Notes under the pieces: model-generated | Told to the model about the DNA's origin: nothing | What the model saw: the letters and a program-made list of their open reading frames with translations, nothing else | Database searches by the model: none | Part shown: piece by piece, positions 45,445 to 58,966 of the stretch | How the letters are laid out: each line of letters starts with the position of its first letter | Position numbering within the stretch: the stretch's first letter is position 1 | NCBI RefSeq assembly: GCF_009914755.1 | Contig: NC_060930.1 | Strand: one strand, 5' to 3' | Source of the DNA: the human T2T-CHM13v2.0 reference genome, Homo sapiens | Length of the DNA stretch: 64,000 bases | Position numbers and translations under genes: made by a program

Positions 45445-46285
45445 TAAACCAATCTGATATCTATACCAAAGGAAGTACTCAGCAATGTGGTTTGGGAGCA
45501 TGGAAGCAAAGAATACAAAAAACAAACAAAAAGCTCCTAGAAACCAAAATAAGTTCACAAAAAGATAATGCTGCCTTCTAAATCAGCTTCACAAAGCATT
45601 TGATGGTTCAAACTATTTCCCCTAAAACATGGTTCTGACCTTCAAACAGCTTACATTCTAGAGGTAGAAAGATGTGGTAAACGCTAATTATAGTACAATG
45701 TAACAAATCTAAAAGTACAAATAAGTTCAAGGGCTTAGGGCAGCCTCTGCCTATAAAGAGCAGAGAGGAGTGGAGTAAGGAAAGCCCTCTCTGAGACAAT
45801 GACGTAAGTGGAGTCTTGAAAGATGAGTGTGTGTTTGATACTGTAGACAAAGGGTATAGAGAAGGCATTATACACCAAAGCCTATGTGAAAGTACAGGTG
45901 CCATAAAAGAGCAAGGCCTATTTACAGAACTGCAAATAGATCAGTTTTATTGAGGCAAAAGCAGCTAAGAAGGGGTGATAAGAGATAAGGAGAGACAGAC
46001 AGGCACACTGATCACCGGGCCAAAGAATTTGAATTTTAGAGAGATACAGAAAGAAGAATGACAGAATTAGGTTTGTCTTTTTAAATACAAACCACTAGTA
46101 TGAATCACTCTAGAATGATCAGGCAACCAAAGGATGGTTTGGAAGGAATAATGATTAGGAGACTATGTTAGGAACACCCGAGAAGAATAAGGACCTTAAT
46201 TATGCAAAATATCCTAATCTTATCTCATTATCTTTCCCAGACCTGCTCCTCCTTTTCCTGTATTCCTTACTTCAGTAAATAGTAA

Positions 46286-47028
<743 letters not shown>

Positions 47029-49202
47029 ATACTGATCAATCATTTCCCAAACAGAAATGCAGTGTTATCCTTAACCCTTTCTCTTATCTCCTGCATCTAC
47101 ATAATTATCAAATCCTGTCAATTCTCCTTCCTTAGTCTTCAATTTATCTCCTTTTCATCAGCCCCATTACCACTTTCACTTCAATAACACACTTGTCTGT
47201 ATAACAAACTCCTTTGCTATAACATTGAATAAACCTAGTTATTACTCTCATTACTGTGCCTGTACCTAAACAGATATGCATTGCTAGAGAAAATCACACA
47301 ACAGTACAGACCGGTTGCACCATAATTTATGATAACTAACCCCAAGCCATTCCTCAACAATGCCTGGCAGTCCTGTTTCTCTGGCCAATTGGCTCTCCCA
47401 CTCTTCCATTACTATCTCAAACCTCTTCTACTAGCCTCATGCTCTTACTCTCACCTACTTTTAGCAACTGACGTGGGCTCCTATTTTACAGAAAAAAAAA
47501 AGCCATCAGACAGAAACTTCCACAACCTCCTACTGTCTGCTCCCATTCTCTCCCTCTTCTAAGTAGCTGTTATTACAAAATCTTACTAATATTAACTACC
47601 CCACTCTTTTTCTATATTTGGCTTTTCTCTCAAGTAGATGCTTCTCACAGACTTATGTTTTATTTGTTTTTATTTAAAAACAAAATGAAAACAAAACCTC
47701 CCTTGTACCCTACAATCTCACTTCTTGCTATCTATTCAGCCACACTCACTCTTTCTGTCTGCTTCTCTCTCCACCTCCTCCATCCCCCATCAGACATAAT
47801 GTGTTTGTGCAGAGACTGATTTCTCTAGCTCCGTAGCCTCAGGCCTCTTACTTAATCCCTGTAAAGTTGGAGTAACTATACTAATAAACCTGTTTCCAGG
47901 ACTGTTGTGAGAATTGGATGAATCAGTCTATGTAAAAGACTCAGAAGAGAGGTTGGCCCATGGTAACTGATCAATAAAGTTGGCAATATTGTTATTGCTA
48001 ATAATATAACACATTCATCTATCTATTCAGGCAACCAGCTGCACAAGATTGTCACTTGGATTTATCCTGAACTCCCTCATCCCTCTGTTCCAATCCATCT
48101 CTAGGTTTTTTTTATTTTTACCTCTCCAGTTTCTCTTGTTCTGAATACCTTCTCCTACCTCTATTATCTTACTCCACACTATCATAATCTCACATAAACA
48201 GAAACCTTCTAAACAATTTTCTGCATTCATTCATGTCATTCTCTGCAATTTTCTCCATACCATAGTCAGAGTGAACTATTCTAACTTCATATCTGAGGCT
48301 ACGAACTGGTTTAAAAGACTTCCCACGATTATGATAAAGCCCCAAATATTTTTGCATGGCCATAAAGTCATGTAGAAATAGTCCCTCTCTGTCTGTTCAA
48401 ACTTATCTTGTGCCTTGCTTCTTTTGCCCTCTTCTCTTGTTACACATACCAACTATCTCTCGAATCTTCAAATGCACTATGCGCTTGCCCACCACAGGTG
48501 CTTTTCACTTCCCATTCCCTCTACGGCAATGTTGAATGGCATTCCTATTTCTCTTAGCTTAATTCATTCCTATTTACACATAATTCCTTTATGTCTTAGC
48601 TCAATAACTTCCTCAGGGAAGCCTTCTCTGACATCCCAAAATAGGGTCTCATTTACTCTTATGTACCTTTCATAGTATTCATCAAAGTTGCAATTTCTCA
48701 TTTACATGATTATTCTCCCAACAAATTCCTCCAATATAATCCAAACTCCATAAAAGCCATGACTACATCCCTTTTTTGCTCTCCATTGTATCCTAAGTGC
48801 CCAATACAGCATCTGGCACATAATTCGTGTTCATAAGTGCGTACTGGATCAATATTAAACTTAAGCTTCAATGTTGCAAAACAGCCTATTTAAAAACAGG
48901 ACAGATTTAAAGCAGCAAAGGGACAAGCATATCACCAGTTCATTATCAATGTGGCTCTAGATCAAAGTTAAAAGTTTCTCTACTGTTGGCTATGAATAAT
49001 AAATCACTTCAAAGAGATACTAACAGAGCAATTGCTGAGGGAAAGGAGGATGTGAAAGAAGGTGTATTGTTGTGCTGTTACTTTAAAAAAGGAGTAACAG
49101 GCAGAACACTCTTTCAAGGCAGAGGTGAATTTTTTAAAGTATTGGTTCACAATCTTTATTCTATTCCAACACACCTACTACTGCTAGTATTACTATTCCT
49201 AC

Positions 49203-51727
49203 TGTAAACCTAAAAGGAAAAGGCTGAGGCACAAAATATACTTTAGTTTACCTGAGCCAAAATGAGGACAGCTACTCAACACATATTTCCCAGATGCCTG
49301 GGGAGTGCTCTGGCACCTGAGTTACAAGCAGATTTTAAAGGGAAAAAGGAACAAGGCAGATACAAAGTTGCTTGATAAGAATTCTCATTGGTTTACAATC
49401 ACTGATTAGTGACTGGCTATTCATTGTTGCACTATAAGGTATGACTTATGGTGTCCAGCATATGGTATTTTATGGCTACTTGGCGTCAGTTAGTCTAAAT
49501 CCTACATAGAAGGTGGCTTCCAGAGATAACTGCTTAGGTCAAAAGGGAGTGCCATAACTGCGGTTTCATTCCAATGCCTCTCTAGGCCTCACAATGGAAA
49601 GGAACTCAGTTGTGTTTTGTTTTGTTTGTTTGGGTTTTGTTTTGTTTTTTCAATAGGTTTCTGGGGAACAGGTGGGGTTTGGTTATGTGAATAAGTTATT
49701 TAGTGGTGATTTCTGAGATTCTGGTGCACCCATCACCTGAGCAGTGTACACTGTATCCAATGTGTCATCTTTTATCCCTCATCCCCTTCCCACCCTTTAC
49801 TCCAGATCCCCAAAGTCCATTGTATCATTCATATGCCTTTGCATCCTCCTAGCTTAGCTCCCATGTATGAGTGAGAACATACATTTTGTTTTCCACTCCT
49901 GAGTTACTTCATTTAGATAATGGTCTCCAATCAATTCCACCCAGGTTGCTGCAAGTGCCACTATTTCATTCCTTTTTATGGCTGAGTAATATTCCAGGTG
50001 TCTGTATATATACACACCACATTTTTTTAATCCACTTATTGATTGATGGGTATTTGGGCTGGTTCCATATTTTTGCAATTATGAGTTGTGCTAGTATAAA
50101 CATGTTTGCAAGTATCTTTTTCATATAATGACTTCTTTTCCTCTGGGTAAATACCCAGGAGTGGGGTTGCTGGATCAAATGGTAGATCTACTTTTAGTTC
50201 TTTGAGGAATCTCCACACTGTTTTTCATAGTGGTTGGTGGTTTACATTCCCACCAACAGTGTAAAAGTGTTCCCTTTTCACCACATCCGTGCCAACATCT
50301 ATTTTTTTTTATTTTTTTGATTATAGCCATTCTTGCAGGAGTAAGGTAGTATTGCATTGTGGTTTTGATTTGCATTCCTCTGATCATTAGTGTTGTTGAG
50401 CATTTTTTCATGTTTGTTGGCCATTTGTGTATCTTCTTTAGAGAATTATCTATTCATGTCCCTAGCCCTCTTTTTGATGGGATTGTTTGTTTTTTTCTTG
50501 ATTTGTTTTGAGTTCCTTGTAGAGTCTGGATATTAGTCCTTTGTCGGATGTACAGTTGTGAAGATTTTCTCCCACTCTGTGGGTTGTCTGTTTACTCTGA
50601 TTATTTCTTTTGCTGTGCACAAAGTTTTTAGTTTAATTAAGTCCCATCTATTTATCTTTGTTTTTGTTGTGTTTGCTTTTGGGTTCTTAGTCATGAAGTC
50701 TTTGCCTAAGCCAATATCTAAAAGGGTTTTTCCAATGTTATCTTCTAGAATTTTTATGGTTTCAGGTCTTAGATTTAAGTCTTTGATCCATCTTGAGTTG
50801 ATTTTTATATACGGTAAGAGAGGAGGATCCAGTTTCATTTTTCTACATGTGGCTTGCCAATTGTCCCAGCACCATTTGTTGAATAGGGTGTCCTTTCCTC
50901 ACTTTATGTTTTTGTTTGCTTTGTCAAAGATCAGTTGACTGTAAGTATTTGGCTTTATTTCTGGGTTCTCTATTCTGTTGCATTTGTCTATATGTCTGTT
51001 TTTATACCAGTATCATGCTGTTTTGGTGACTTTGGCCTTATAGTATAAAGTCAGGTAACCTAATGCCTCCAGGTTTGTTCTTTTTGCTTAGTCTTGCTTT
51101 GGCTATGTGGGCTTTTTTTGGTTCCATATGAATTTTAGGATTGTTTTTTCTAGTTCTGTGAAGAATGATGGTGGTATTTTGATGGGAATTGCATTGCATT
51201 TGTAGATTGCTTTTGGTGGTATGGTCATTTTCACAATATTGATTCTACCCATTCATGAGCATGGGATGTGTTTCCATTTGTTTGTATCACCTATGATTTC
51301 TTTCAGCAGTGTTTTATAGTTTTCTTTGTATAGGTCTTTCATCTCCTTGGTTAAGTATATTCCAAAATATTTTAATTTTTTTGCAAGTCTTATAAAAGTG
51401 GCTGATTCTTGATTTGATTCTCAGTTTGGTCACTGTTGGTATATAGGAGGGCTACTCACTTGTGTACATTAATTTTGTATCCTGAAATTTTGCTGAATTC
51501 ATTTACCAGTTCTAGGAGCTTTATGGATGAATCCTTAGGGCTTTGTAGGTATACTATCATGTCATCAGCAAACAGCAACAGTCTGACTTCCTCTTTAACC
51601 ATTTGGATGTCCTTTATTTCTTTCTCTTGTCTGATTGCTCTGGCTAGGACTTCTAGTACTACATTGAATAGAAGTGGTGAAGGGGGGCACATTCTTCAGA
51701 TAAAAAGTTTCTCTTTTTTCTTCCACA
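49203..51727 (-). mobile_element. ERV1 MER4-group-like LTR split by an L1 insertion
   Basis: TG...CA termini; LTR-like sequence at 49203-49608 appears to resume at ~51690-51727. Subfamily uncertain. Confidence 0.5.
49610..51690 (-). mobile_element. 5'-truncated L1 (L1PB/old L1PA), ~2.1 kb, frameshifted ORF2
   Basis: ORF fragments [60 protein letters not shown] are L1 ORF2 RT and C-terminal sequence. Confidence 0.95.
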
Positions 51728-51979
51728 GTGCCACTACTATTCCAATCAATGCCTATGATTCTAGCATAGCCATGATCAAGTGGCTCATGACAGCAAAAAC
51801 TCACAAGCATGTGGAAAGTGTGAGAGATGTGAGCAATTTGAAATGGCACCACCTCAAAATACACTGATATTCTCTGCTATTCCATTCTCCTCAGATATGA
51901 CTCTTCCCAAATATTGCTATGGCAAAAAGCAGTCACATGGATATCATTTGTATTTAATTTTAAGATGTAATCTATGTTC

Positions 51980-53285
51980 TCAAAAAACTAAAAATAGAAC
52001 ATATACACTAGGGATATATGCCCCCTAAAAAGGAAATCAGTATCTTGAACAATATGTGCACTCCCATGTTTATTGCAACACTATTCACAATAGCCAAGAT
52101 ACGGAAGCAATCTATATTTCCACAACAGATGAAAAGATTAAAAAAAAAAAAGTGGTATATATACACAAAGGAATACTACTTAGCCATAAAAAAGAATGAA
52201 ATCCTGCATTGAAGACCACATGGATGAGCTTGGAGGACATTAAGTAAAAATAAGCAAGGCACAGAAAGATACATAATGCATGTTCTCACTCAAATGTAGA
52301 AGCTAAAAAAATTGATTTACCAGGCATGGTGGCCCATACCTGTAATACCAGCATTTCGAGAGGTTGAGGCAGGAGGATCTCTTGAGCCCATGAGTTCAAG
52401 ACCAGCCTAAGCAACATAGTAAAACCCCATCTCTACTAAAAAAAAAAAAAAATAAAATAGAAAAATTAGCTGAGTATAGTAGCTCATGCCTGTAGTCCAA
52501 GCTACTTGGGAGGCTGAAGCAGAGGGATCAACTGAGCTGGGAGTTGGAGGCCACAGTGAGCTATGATTGCACCACTGCACTCCAGCCTGGGTAACAGAGT
52601 GAGGCCCTGTCTCAAAAAAAGAAAAAAAAAAGTTGACCTCATAGAAGTAGAGAATACAACAGTGGTTACTGTTAAGTTGGGAAGGGTGAGGCGGGTAGGA
52701 AGATGTTGGTTAACACAGCGGTCACCAATGTTTTTGGCATCAGGGACTGGTTTTGTGGAAGACAATTTTTCCACAGGACAGCGTGGGGATGGTTTCAACA
52801 AAAGACATTAGACTCTCACAAGAAGCTGGCAACCCAGATACCTCGCATGTGCAGTTCACAACAGGAACAGGATTTGTGCTACTATGAGAATCTATATGAG
52901 AATCTAGTGCCACCACTGATTTGACAGGAGCCAGAGGTCAGGCTGTAATGCTCTCTTGCCCACTGCTCACCTCCTGCTGTTCAGCCAGTTCCTAAGAAGC
53001 CACGGACCAGTACTGGTCCACAGCCCGGGGTAACAAAATTATGGCTAAATAAGAGGAAAAAGTTCTAGTATTCTATAGCACCATAAGATGATTACAGTTA
53101 ATAGTAGCTTAATGTATATTTTCAAACAGCTAGAAGAGCAGGTTTTGAATTGTTTCTAACATGAATAATGTTTGAGGTGACAGATATGCTAATTACCCTA
53201 ATTTCATCATTATTATGTGTATCCAAATACCACACTGTGCCCCCTAAAAAGATGCGACTATTATGTCAATTAAAAATAAAAAAGA
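51980..53285 (+). mobile_element. L1M 3' end with nested AluJ (~52319-52631) and MER1B (~52716-53030)
   Basis: CTPMFIATLFTIAK motif; MER1 start 'cagcggtcaccaatgtttttggcatcagggactgg'. Confidence 0.85.
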
Positions 53286-54256
53286 ATAGCCCTAATAGCC
53301 TATTCAAGTAAAAAAGTAACCTATGATTTTTTTGCAGCAAAATTTAATATTTTAATAATAAATATAGTGTTTAATGTTAACTACATTATAAATTACCCAA
53401 ATTGGAGGTATCTGTTTCTTCATTATATAAAAATATTTTATTACAGTAATATGATTAAAGGTATTAACCTCTGAAACCACTGAATGTCACGTTTGTCATA
53501 TTAAACCATAAGTGGTTTCAAATATGTCTTAATGTCCATATAATTAAAACAATAGAACAAATTCAATCCTTTTCCTAAAAAGTAAAAAAGGGCAAGAAAA
53601 TATGGAAATTGTTTCAAGCTTTCAAACAATATATGGAGCAACCACTGAAATTCTGTAGATGGAACAGCAGCAAGTCTACTTTGAAAGGCACTGCTGACAA
53701 TGAACTTCTTTCCACAGCAATACACAATTGATTCCATAAAAACGGCAGAAGCTGCTAAACGTGTACAGATTAACATCAAAGACAAACAAGTTGACTGTAA
53801 CTGAAAAAACACAAACAAATGAACAAACAAACCAAAATCATTAGGATTTTTCCCCTCCCCATTTTCCTATGATCTTTAAATCAACAGTTTCAAGCATAAA
53901 AAATATGCTCACATTGTGATATGCTAGCATTTCCTATTTTGAGAAACAATGCAACCTCCTAAACCAGGACATAAAGTCAGAATGTGTGATTTTAATTTCT
54001 GAAAAAAGAACATGCATAATTTATTACAATTCTGAATACTCATCTAAAATATTTAAAGACAAAAAAAATGGAGCACAGCCTCCTACTGAGAAAATTATCC
54101 TTCCTCCCAATTTCAATTTTTATATCTGACATCAAATCCCTGTTTAAAGTTTCCTTAGGTCATTTTAAAAATAAATAAAATATTGTTTCATTTTTAAAAA
54201 GTTGTTAATGCCCAGTTGATACTGCAGTTGTAAATGATATGAAATTTCTCGTGTGA

Positions 54257-54712
54257 TGTTTTAGTCCACTTTCTGTTTCTTATAACAGAATACCAGAAAC
54301 TAGGTAATTTATAAAGAAAAGGAATGTATTTCTTACAGTTATGGAGACAGAGAAGTCCAAGGTCGAGGGGCCAGATCTCGAGAAGTCGAGAGCCTTCTTG
54401 CTGGCAGGGGATCTGTGCAGAGTATGGAGGCAGCATAGGGTGTCACATGGCAAGGAGGCTGAGCATGCTAACATGCTTACTCAGGTCTTTCTTCCTCTTC
54501 TTATAAACCACCAGTTCTACACTCCTATGATAACTCATTCATCCATTTATCCAATAACAAATCAATCTATAAGTGGATTAATCCATTCATAAGAACAGAG
54601 TACTCATGATCCAGTCTCCTCTTAAAGGCCCCACATTGGAGATTCAATACTGTCACATTGAGGATTAAGTTTCCCATACACGAAATTTGGGGGACACATT
54701 CGAATTATACCA
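54257..54712 (-). mobile_element. MST-type MaLR LTR
   Basis: 'tataacagaataccagaaactaggtaatttataaagaaaag...tttgggggacacattc'. Confidence 0.8.
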
Positions 54713-54762
54713 TGTGGTAAAGGCTACTCTTGATCTTTGTTGTTTAAAGCTAGAGAACTAAT

Positions 54763-54910
54763 GGCCAGGCACAGTAGCTCATGTCTGTAATCAAAGCACT
54801 TTGGGAGGCCAAGGCAGGAGGATCACCTGAGGCCAGGAATTCAAGACCAAACTGGGCAACAAAGCACTCCATCTCTTTTTTGAAAAAAATATAATAAGAT
54901 AAAATAAGAT
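54763..54910 (+). mobile_element. FLAM/Alu monomer
   Basis: Single left arm with A-rich tail. Confidence 0.8.
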
Positions 54911-56149
54911 GAAATAAAGTTAAAGTACTATTTCTAGAAAACATTAAATGCAATTTCACTATCTGAGAAAAATAGCTTTCTTGTGGAAATTACTACCAAT
55001 AAAGAAATCAAGAGATGTTTTCATTTACCTACAGTAAGAAGTGATTACCTTCATATTAGCACTTTCTAATCTTTTCAAAAAGGATAGAAGAAATTAACAG
55101 TTCTCGCAGTGGAGAAGAGCCACAATTCTTGGATATGTAAATCTATGTTAATCAAAGATTAATTATGCCACATATTTCATGGCTAATAGGAGAGAAAGAA
55201 TGCTGACCACTAGGCAAGGAGAGGATGTTTAACTGACATTCATATTGATATAGATATAATGGGCACTGTCAATGACAACGAGTAATGATGATTTCTTAGG
55301 AAAGCATGTTCAGAGTTTTGCACATCACTGATTATCCCATTTTTATCTATTACACTTTTTGAAAAGAAAGACCCATTCTCTTAAATTGCCTAGTTAGAAA
55401 GTACTCTTTATGCAATAATGTTAATCTATCTTGATTTCTAAATATTTTAATAATGTCCTTTTTAAATTTTCTGCACAATATGATATTTTTGTTTTTTTGA
55501 ACCACAGCCACTCCACCCTCACCCACACCCAGGATCAGAGATTAAAGCAAATGATTCTTTACACTCTCTCAAAAATAAATCCAGACTTTGGAAAATTACA
55601 CAGTAATGTACAAGCATATAAAAACTCAAGGTCAGAAGTAATTTCAATAATTGCAGGGAGCTCTCTGGAGGTATCTGCCTGTAATTTAACAACCAACTAT
55701 GGATGTAAACCGAGACAGTGATACTATCGTTATGCACCACGAAATTTTCCTAAGAGCTTTGATCAGATTCCCCTAAATAGTTTATGCATGTCTCTGTATG
55801 CAATCATAGGCGCTGACCTGGAATAATTAAAATGAAAATAATCAGTGCTGTATCTGTCTTAACATATACAAATTCGGTTTATCAATGTGAAAGCAGATCT
55901 GCAAAACTCAGTTGTCAAAAGGTGGCCTACGGTATTTTCATGACAGAGAATCTTTGTTAGGTTTGTTAATGTAACATGTGCAATGGAGGCTGGTGTATGT
56001 AATTAGTTTCCTCCTCAGAGAGATACTAGGAAGGTGGACGACAGTACCCCGGGAACTCACACGTCGGTCTAGGGCCCTTTTTGTCCCCCACCCTCACCTC
56101 ACTCCTCAGACATGCACTCTCCCATCACATTTGAAGCCCCGGTGGGCAG

Positions 56150-57270
56150 TTTTCTAGGGTCGTTTCACTGGAGCGTTAAATGGCATCTGACGCCACCGGG
56201 CAGCCTGGGGTTGGATGCCATAGCCGCCAGCACCCACGGCTCACCTCCAGCTTGTGGTTGATTTGAGACACAGACTGGGCTTTGTGGCAAAGCTGTGCAA
56301 AGCAGGAGCTCAGGCTGGTCATCTTCTGTCGCCCCTCATAAGTGATGTCCGCTTGGTCTGGATCGATCTCTCCCAGGAGCAGATCCACATCCACAAAAGC
56401 TTTGTCGAACTCCTTCTCCAGCACCTCCAGCCACCGGAACATGGATACCCCGCCAGGGGCCCCCACGGAGCAGGAGGCGCCCCCTGGGCCCCCTCCGGCT
56501 GCTGCTGGGCATGGACCGCCCGCCGACATGGCGCCGTCAAGGGCCTCTCCCGACTGCTGAAGACCCTCGCCGCCCCCCGCGCACGAAGGGAACTGCTGGG
56601 ACTGAGGGGACCCCCGCGCGCGCGGGCACACTCCGTCACCTCCCTTCACCTCGCGCCGTTAACGCCAGCAGCACAGTCACAGAACCGCAGGAGTAACGAG
56701 GCTGAAGCTGAGGCGGCAACGGCGGCGACACACGGAAGACTCAGTCAGTCCCACCTCCCAGCCTGCCCCCGCTGCGCATGCGTAGCGAAGAGCTGGGCGG
56801 ACGCAGCCACGAGGGACAAAATAGGCGGGGACAGGATGCGATCTTGGCCTATGAAAGGCCTCAGCTTGGGAGCGGCCTGTCAGCGGCCATATTAACAACT
56901 GGCAAACTACGGCTTGAATCCCTGAGAAACGGAGGCGCGTGGTTTCTGCACCCTGGTTGGAAAGGCCCGAGGATGAGAAAGGTGTCCACGTCGCAGAAAG
57001 GAAGGATTTCCGCCGGTTTGACTTAACAGTTGGCGGGAGCCGTTCCAAAATCCTCCCAGAAAGTTGCTGCGGTGGCATCTAGGGTCAGGGAGGGGAGAGC
57101 AAGGAAGGGCGGTGTGAGCATGCGCAATAGCCACGTTTTTACCTTCTCGATTCCAGTTCCTGGATAGGATGGAGTGGGTGTACACACTGGCTGTTCTTGG
57201 TAAACCAGACCCCAAATTCCAGGTGTGGACTGCCTAAAGCTGCGCATTGAAGCGGCTGACCAGATTTTGC
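56150..57270 (-). promoter_or_regulatory. GOPC CpG-island promoter and 5' UTR (TSS probably near 56750)
   Basis: CpG-dense, no obvious TATA box. NRF1-like TGCGCATGCGTA 56773-56784 and TGAGCATGCGCA 57115-57126, ETS core CGGAAG 56733-56738, YY1-like GCGGCCAT 56883-56890, GC boxes. Confidence 0.88.
56245..56529 (-). CDS. GOPC: GOPC coding exon 1 (MSAGGPCP...NHKLE, 95 aa)
   Basis: ATG in GGCGCCATGT at 56529; donor GAG|GTGAGC; 285 nt, phase 0; recognised GOPC N-terminus ([20 protein letters not shown]). Confidence 0.97.
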
Positions 57271-57495
57271 GGAATTAATAGAAGACTTTTTGTCTTGTGA
57301 TTAAGAGTCAGGTAGACCTGGATTCAATTCTTACCCTCTGTCACATACTACCTGTGTCGCCTTTCATGTATTAACCTCGAAACCAAGTTTCCAAATTTTA
57401 CTTAACTCAGTTGTAAGGTAAAACGCTTAGCGTCACTTCTTGGCACACGGTATTCCTCTTAATACACCATAGGTCACACATTTCAAAAGCAACTA

Positions 57496-57832
57496 CAGTA
57501 GTGCTTCACTTAAGATGGGGATATGTTCTTAGGAATGTGTCCTTAGGTTAATCATCCCTTAGGGAACATCCTAGAGTGTATTTAAACACAAACCTAGATA
57601 GTATAGCCTACTACACACCCAGGCTATATGATGTAGCCTATTGCTCTTAGGCTGTAAACCTGTACAGCATGTTGCCATTCTGGATACGGTAGGCGATTAT
57701 AACACAGTGGTAACTATTTGTGTACTTAAACATATCTAAACATAGAAAAGGTACAGTCATATACTCTTATAGGATCACCATAGTTTATGCGATCCATTCA
57801 TTGCTGAAGCCTTGTTATTTGGCACATAACTG
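57496..57832. mobile_element. Tigger3a/MER7-like TcMar element
   Basis: ta-CAGT...ACTG-ta termini; 'cacaaacctagatagtatagcctactacacac'. Confidence 0.8.
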
Positions 57833-58780
57833 TACTTTAAAAGGTGTATTTATTTGAAAACTGGTAGTGTCCTCACACGTGACATTTCAGAAAATCAAAA
57901 TTGTGAATTCATATATTTACAAATATATTGAATGCAGAGCTCTGTTGCGACATTGAAGACACAAAAATGAATGAGACATGACCCTTACTCAAGATAGGCT
58001 AGTGAGGCTACTACCCCTCAACTATAACTTTAACTTGAATTTTTCAGTGCCTTTAAAAGTATCCAGCAACTCCTCTCTTTACATTCTGCCTACTTCCAGT
58101 TCAAGGGTAGACAGTCCTAGAAAGGGAAAGAGAAACCTGTGTGATTAGAGTAGGCTGGTGGAAACTCCTGCATTACCTAGAAGCATATTTAGCTGAGTGC
58201 AGTCTGCTGTTATCTGTTCTTGGGGCAGACCCTTACGGTTAATCACAACCCAAAGCCTGCATTGTGTGCCCTTCGCTGATGCAAGGCAACTGAGGAGCAA
58301 GAAATCACAATTTTATTATTGCAGTCTTTGTACTGCATGGCAGACTGGTTAGCATGAAGCAATAAAGTCCTTTGGCTTGAGCAAACTTAGCTAATCAAAA
58401 TGGATCATGAGATCCTGACCTTAGACTTAAGTAGGGACCTTCATACAGGTTTTAGTACACAATAAATAATGTAAAACTAAAATTTACATCTTTCCCCATT
58501 CCCTTCCAAAATTAGCTTTATTTTCATCTACAATATTTGCAAAAACATTGCTACAGCTATCAAGCTCCCAGCCACTTTATCTACACATAATACAGTTAGC
58601 AATGCATTTTCAGGAACGCGAAGTAAATAATTTAAAATTAGCAGGGCAGGGGGAGAATACATCGAACCACAATTATAATAGCTTTCAATTATTGAGTCCT
58701 TACTATGTGTTAGGCATTATGCTATTTTCTTTAATTCTTTGATCCTTACAAAATCCTATGAGGTAGGTATGATCACGTCT

Positions 58781-58966
58781 TTTATTGTTGTTGTTGTTGA
58801 GACAGGATCTTGCTCTGTCGCCCATGCTGCAGTGCAGTGGCACGATCACAGCTCACTGCAGCCTCACTTTGTTGACCAGGCTGGTCTGGAACTCCTGGAC
58901 TCAAACAATCCTCCTGCTTAGGCCTCCAAAAGTGCTGGGATTACAGGTGTGAGCCACCACACCCAG
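58781..58966 (-). mobile_element. AluJ with internal deletion
   Basis: Right-arm 3' part joined directly to the left arm. Confidence 0.8.

Noticed and set aside
49854-51692. Cluster of reverse-transcriptase-like ORFs
   Set aside because: Fragmented ORF2 of a dead 5'-truncated L1, not a novel RT system.
56254-56895. 213-aa + strand ORF across GOPC exon 1 and promoter
   Set aside because: Expected stop-codon depletion in a CpG island antisense to a CDS; no coding signature.
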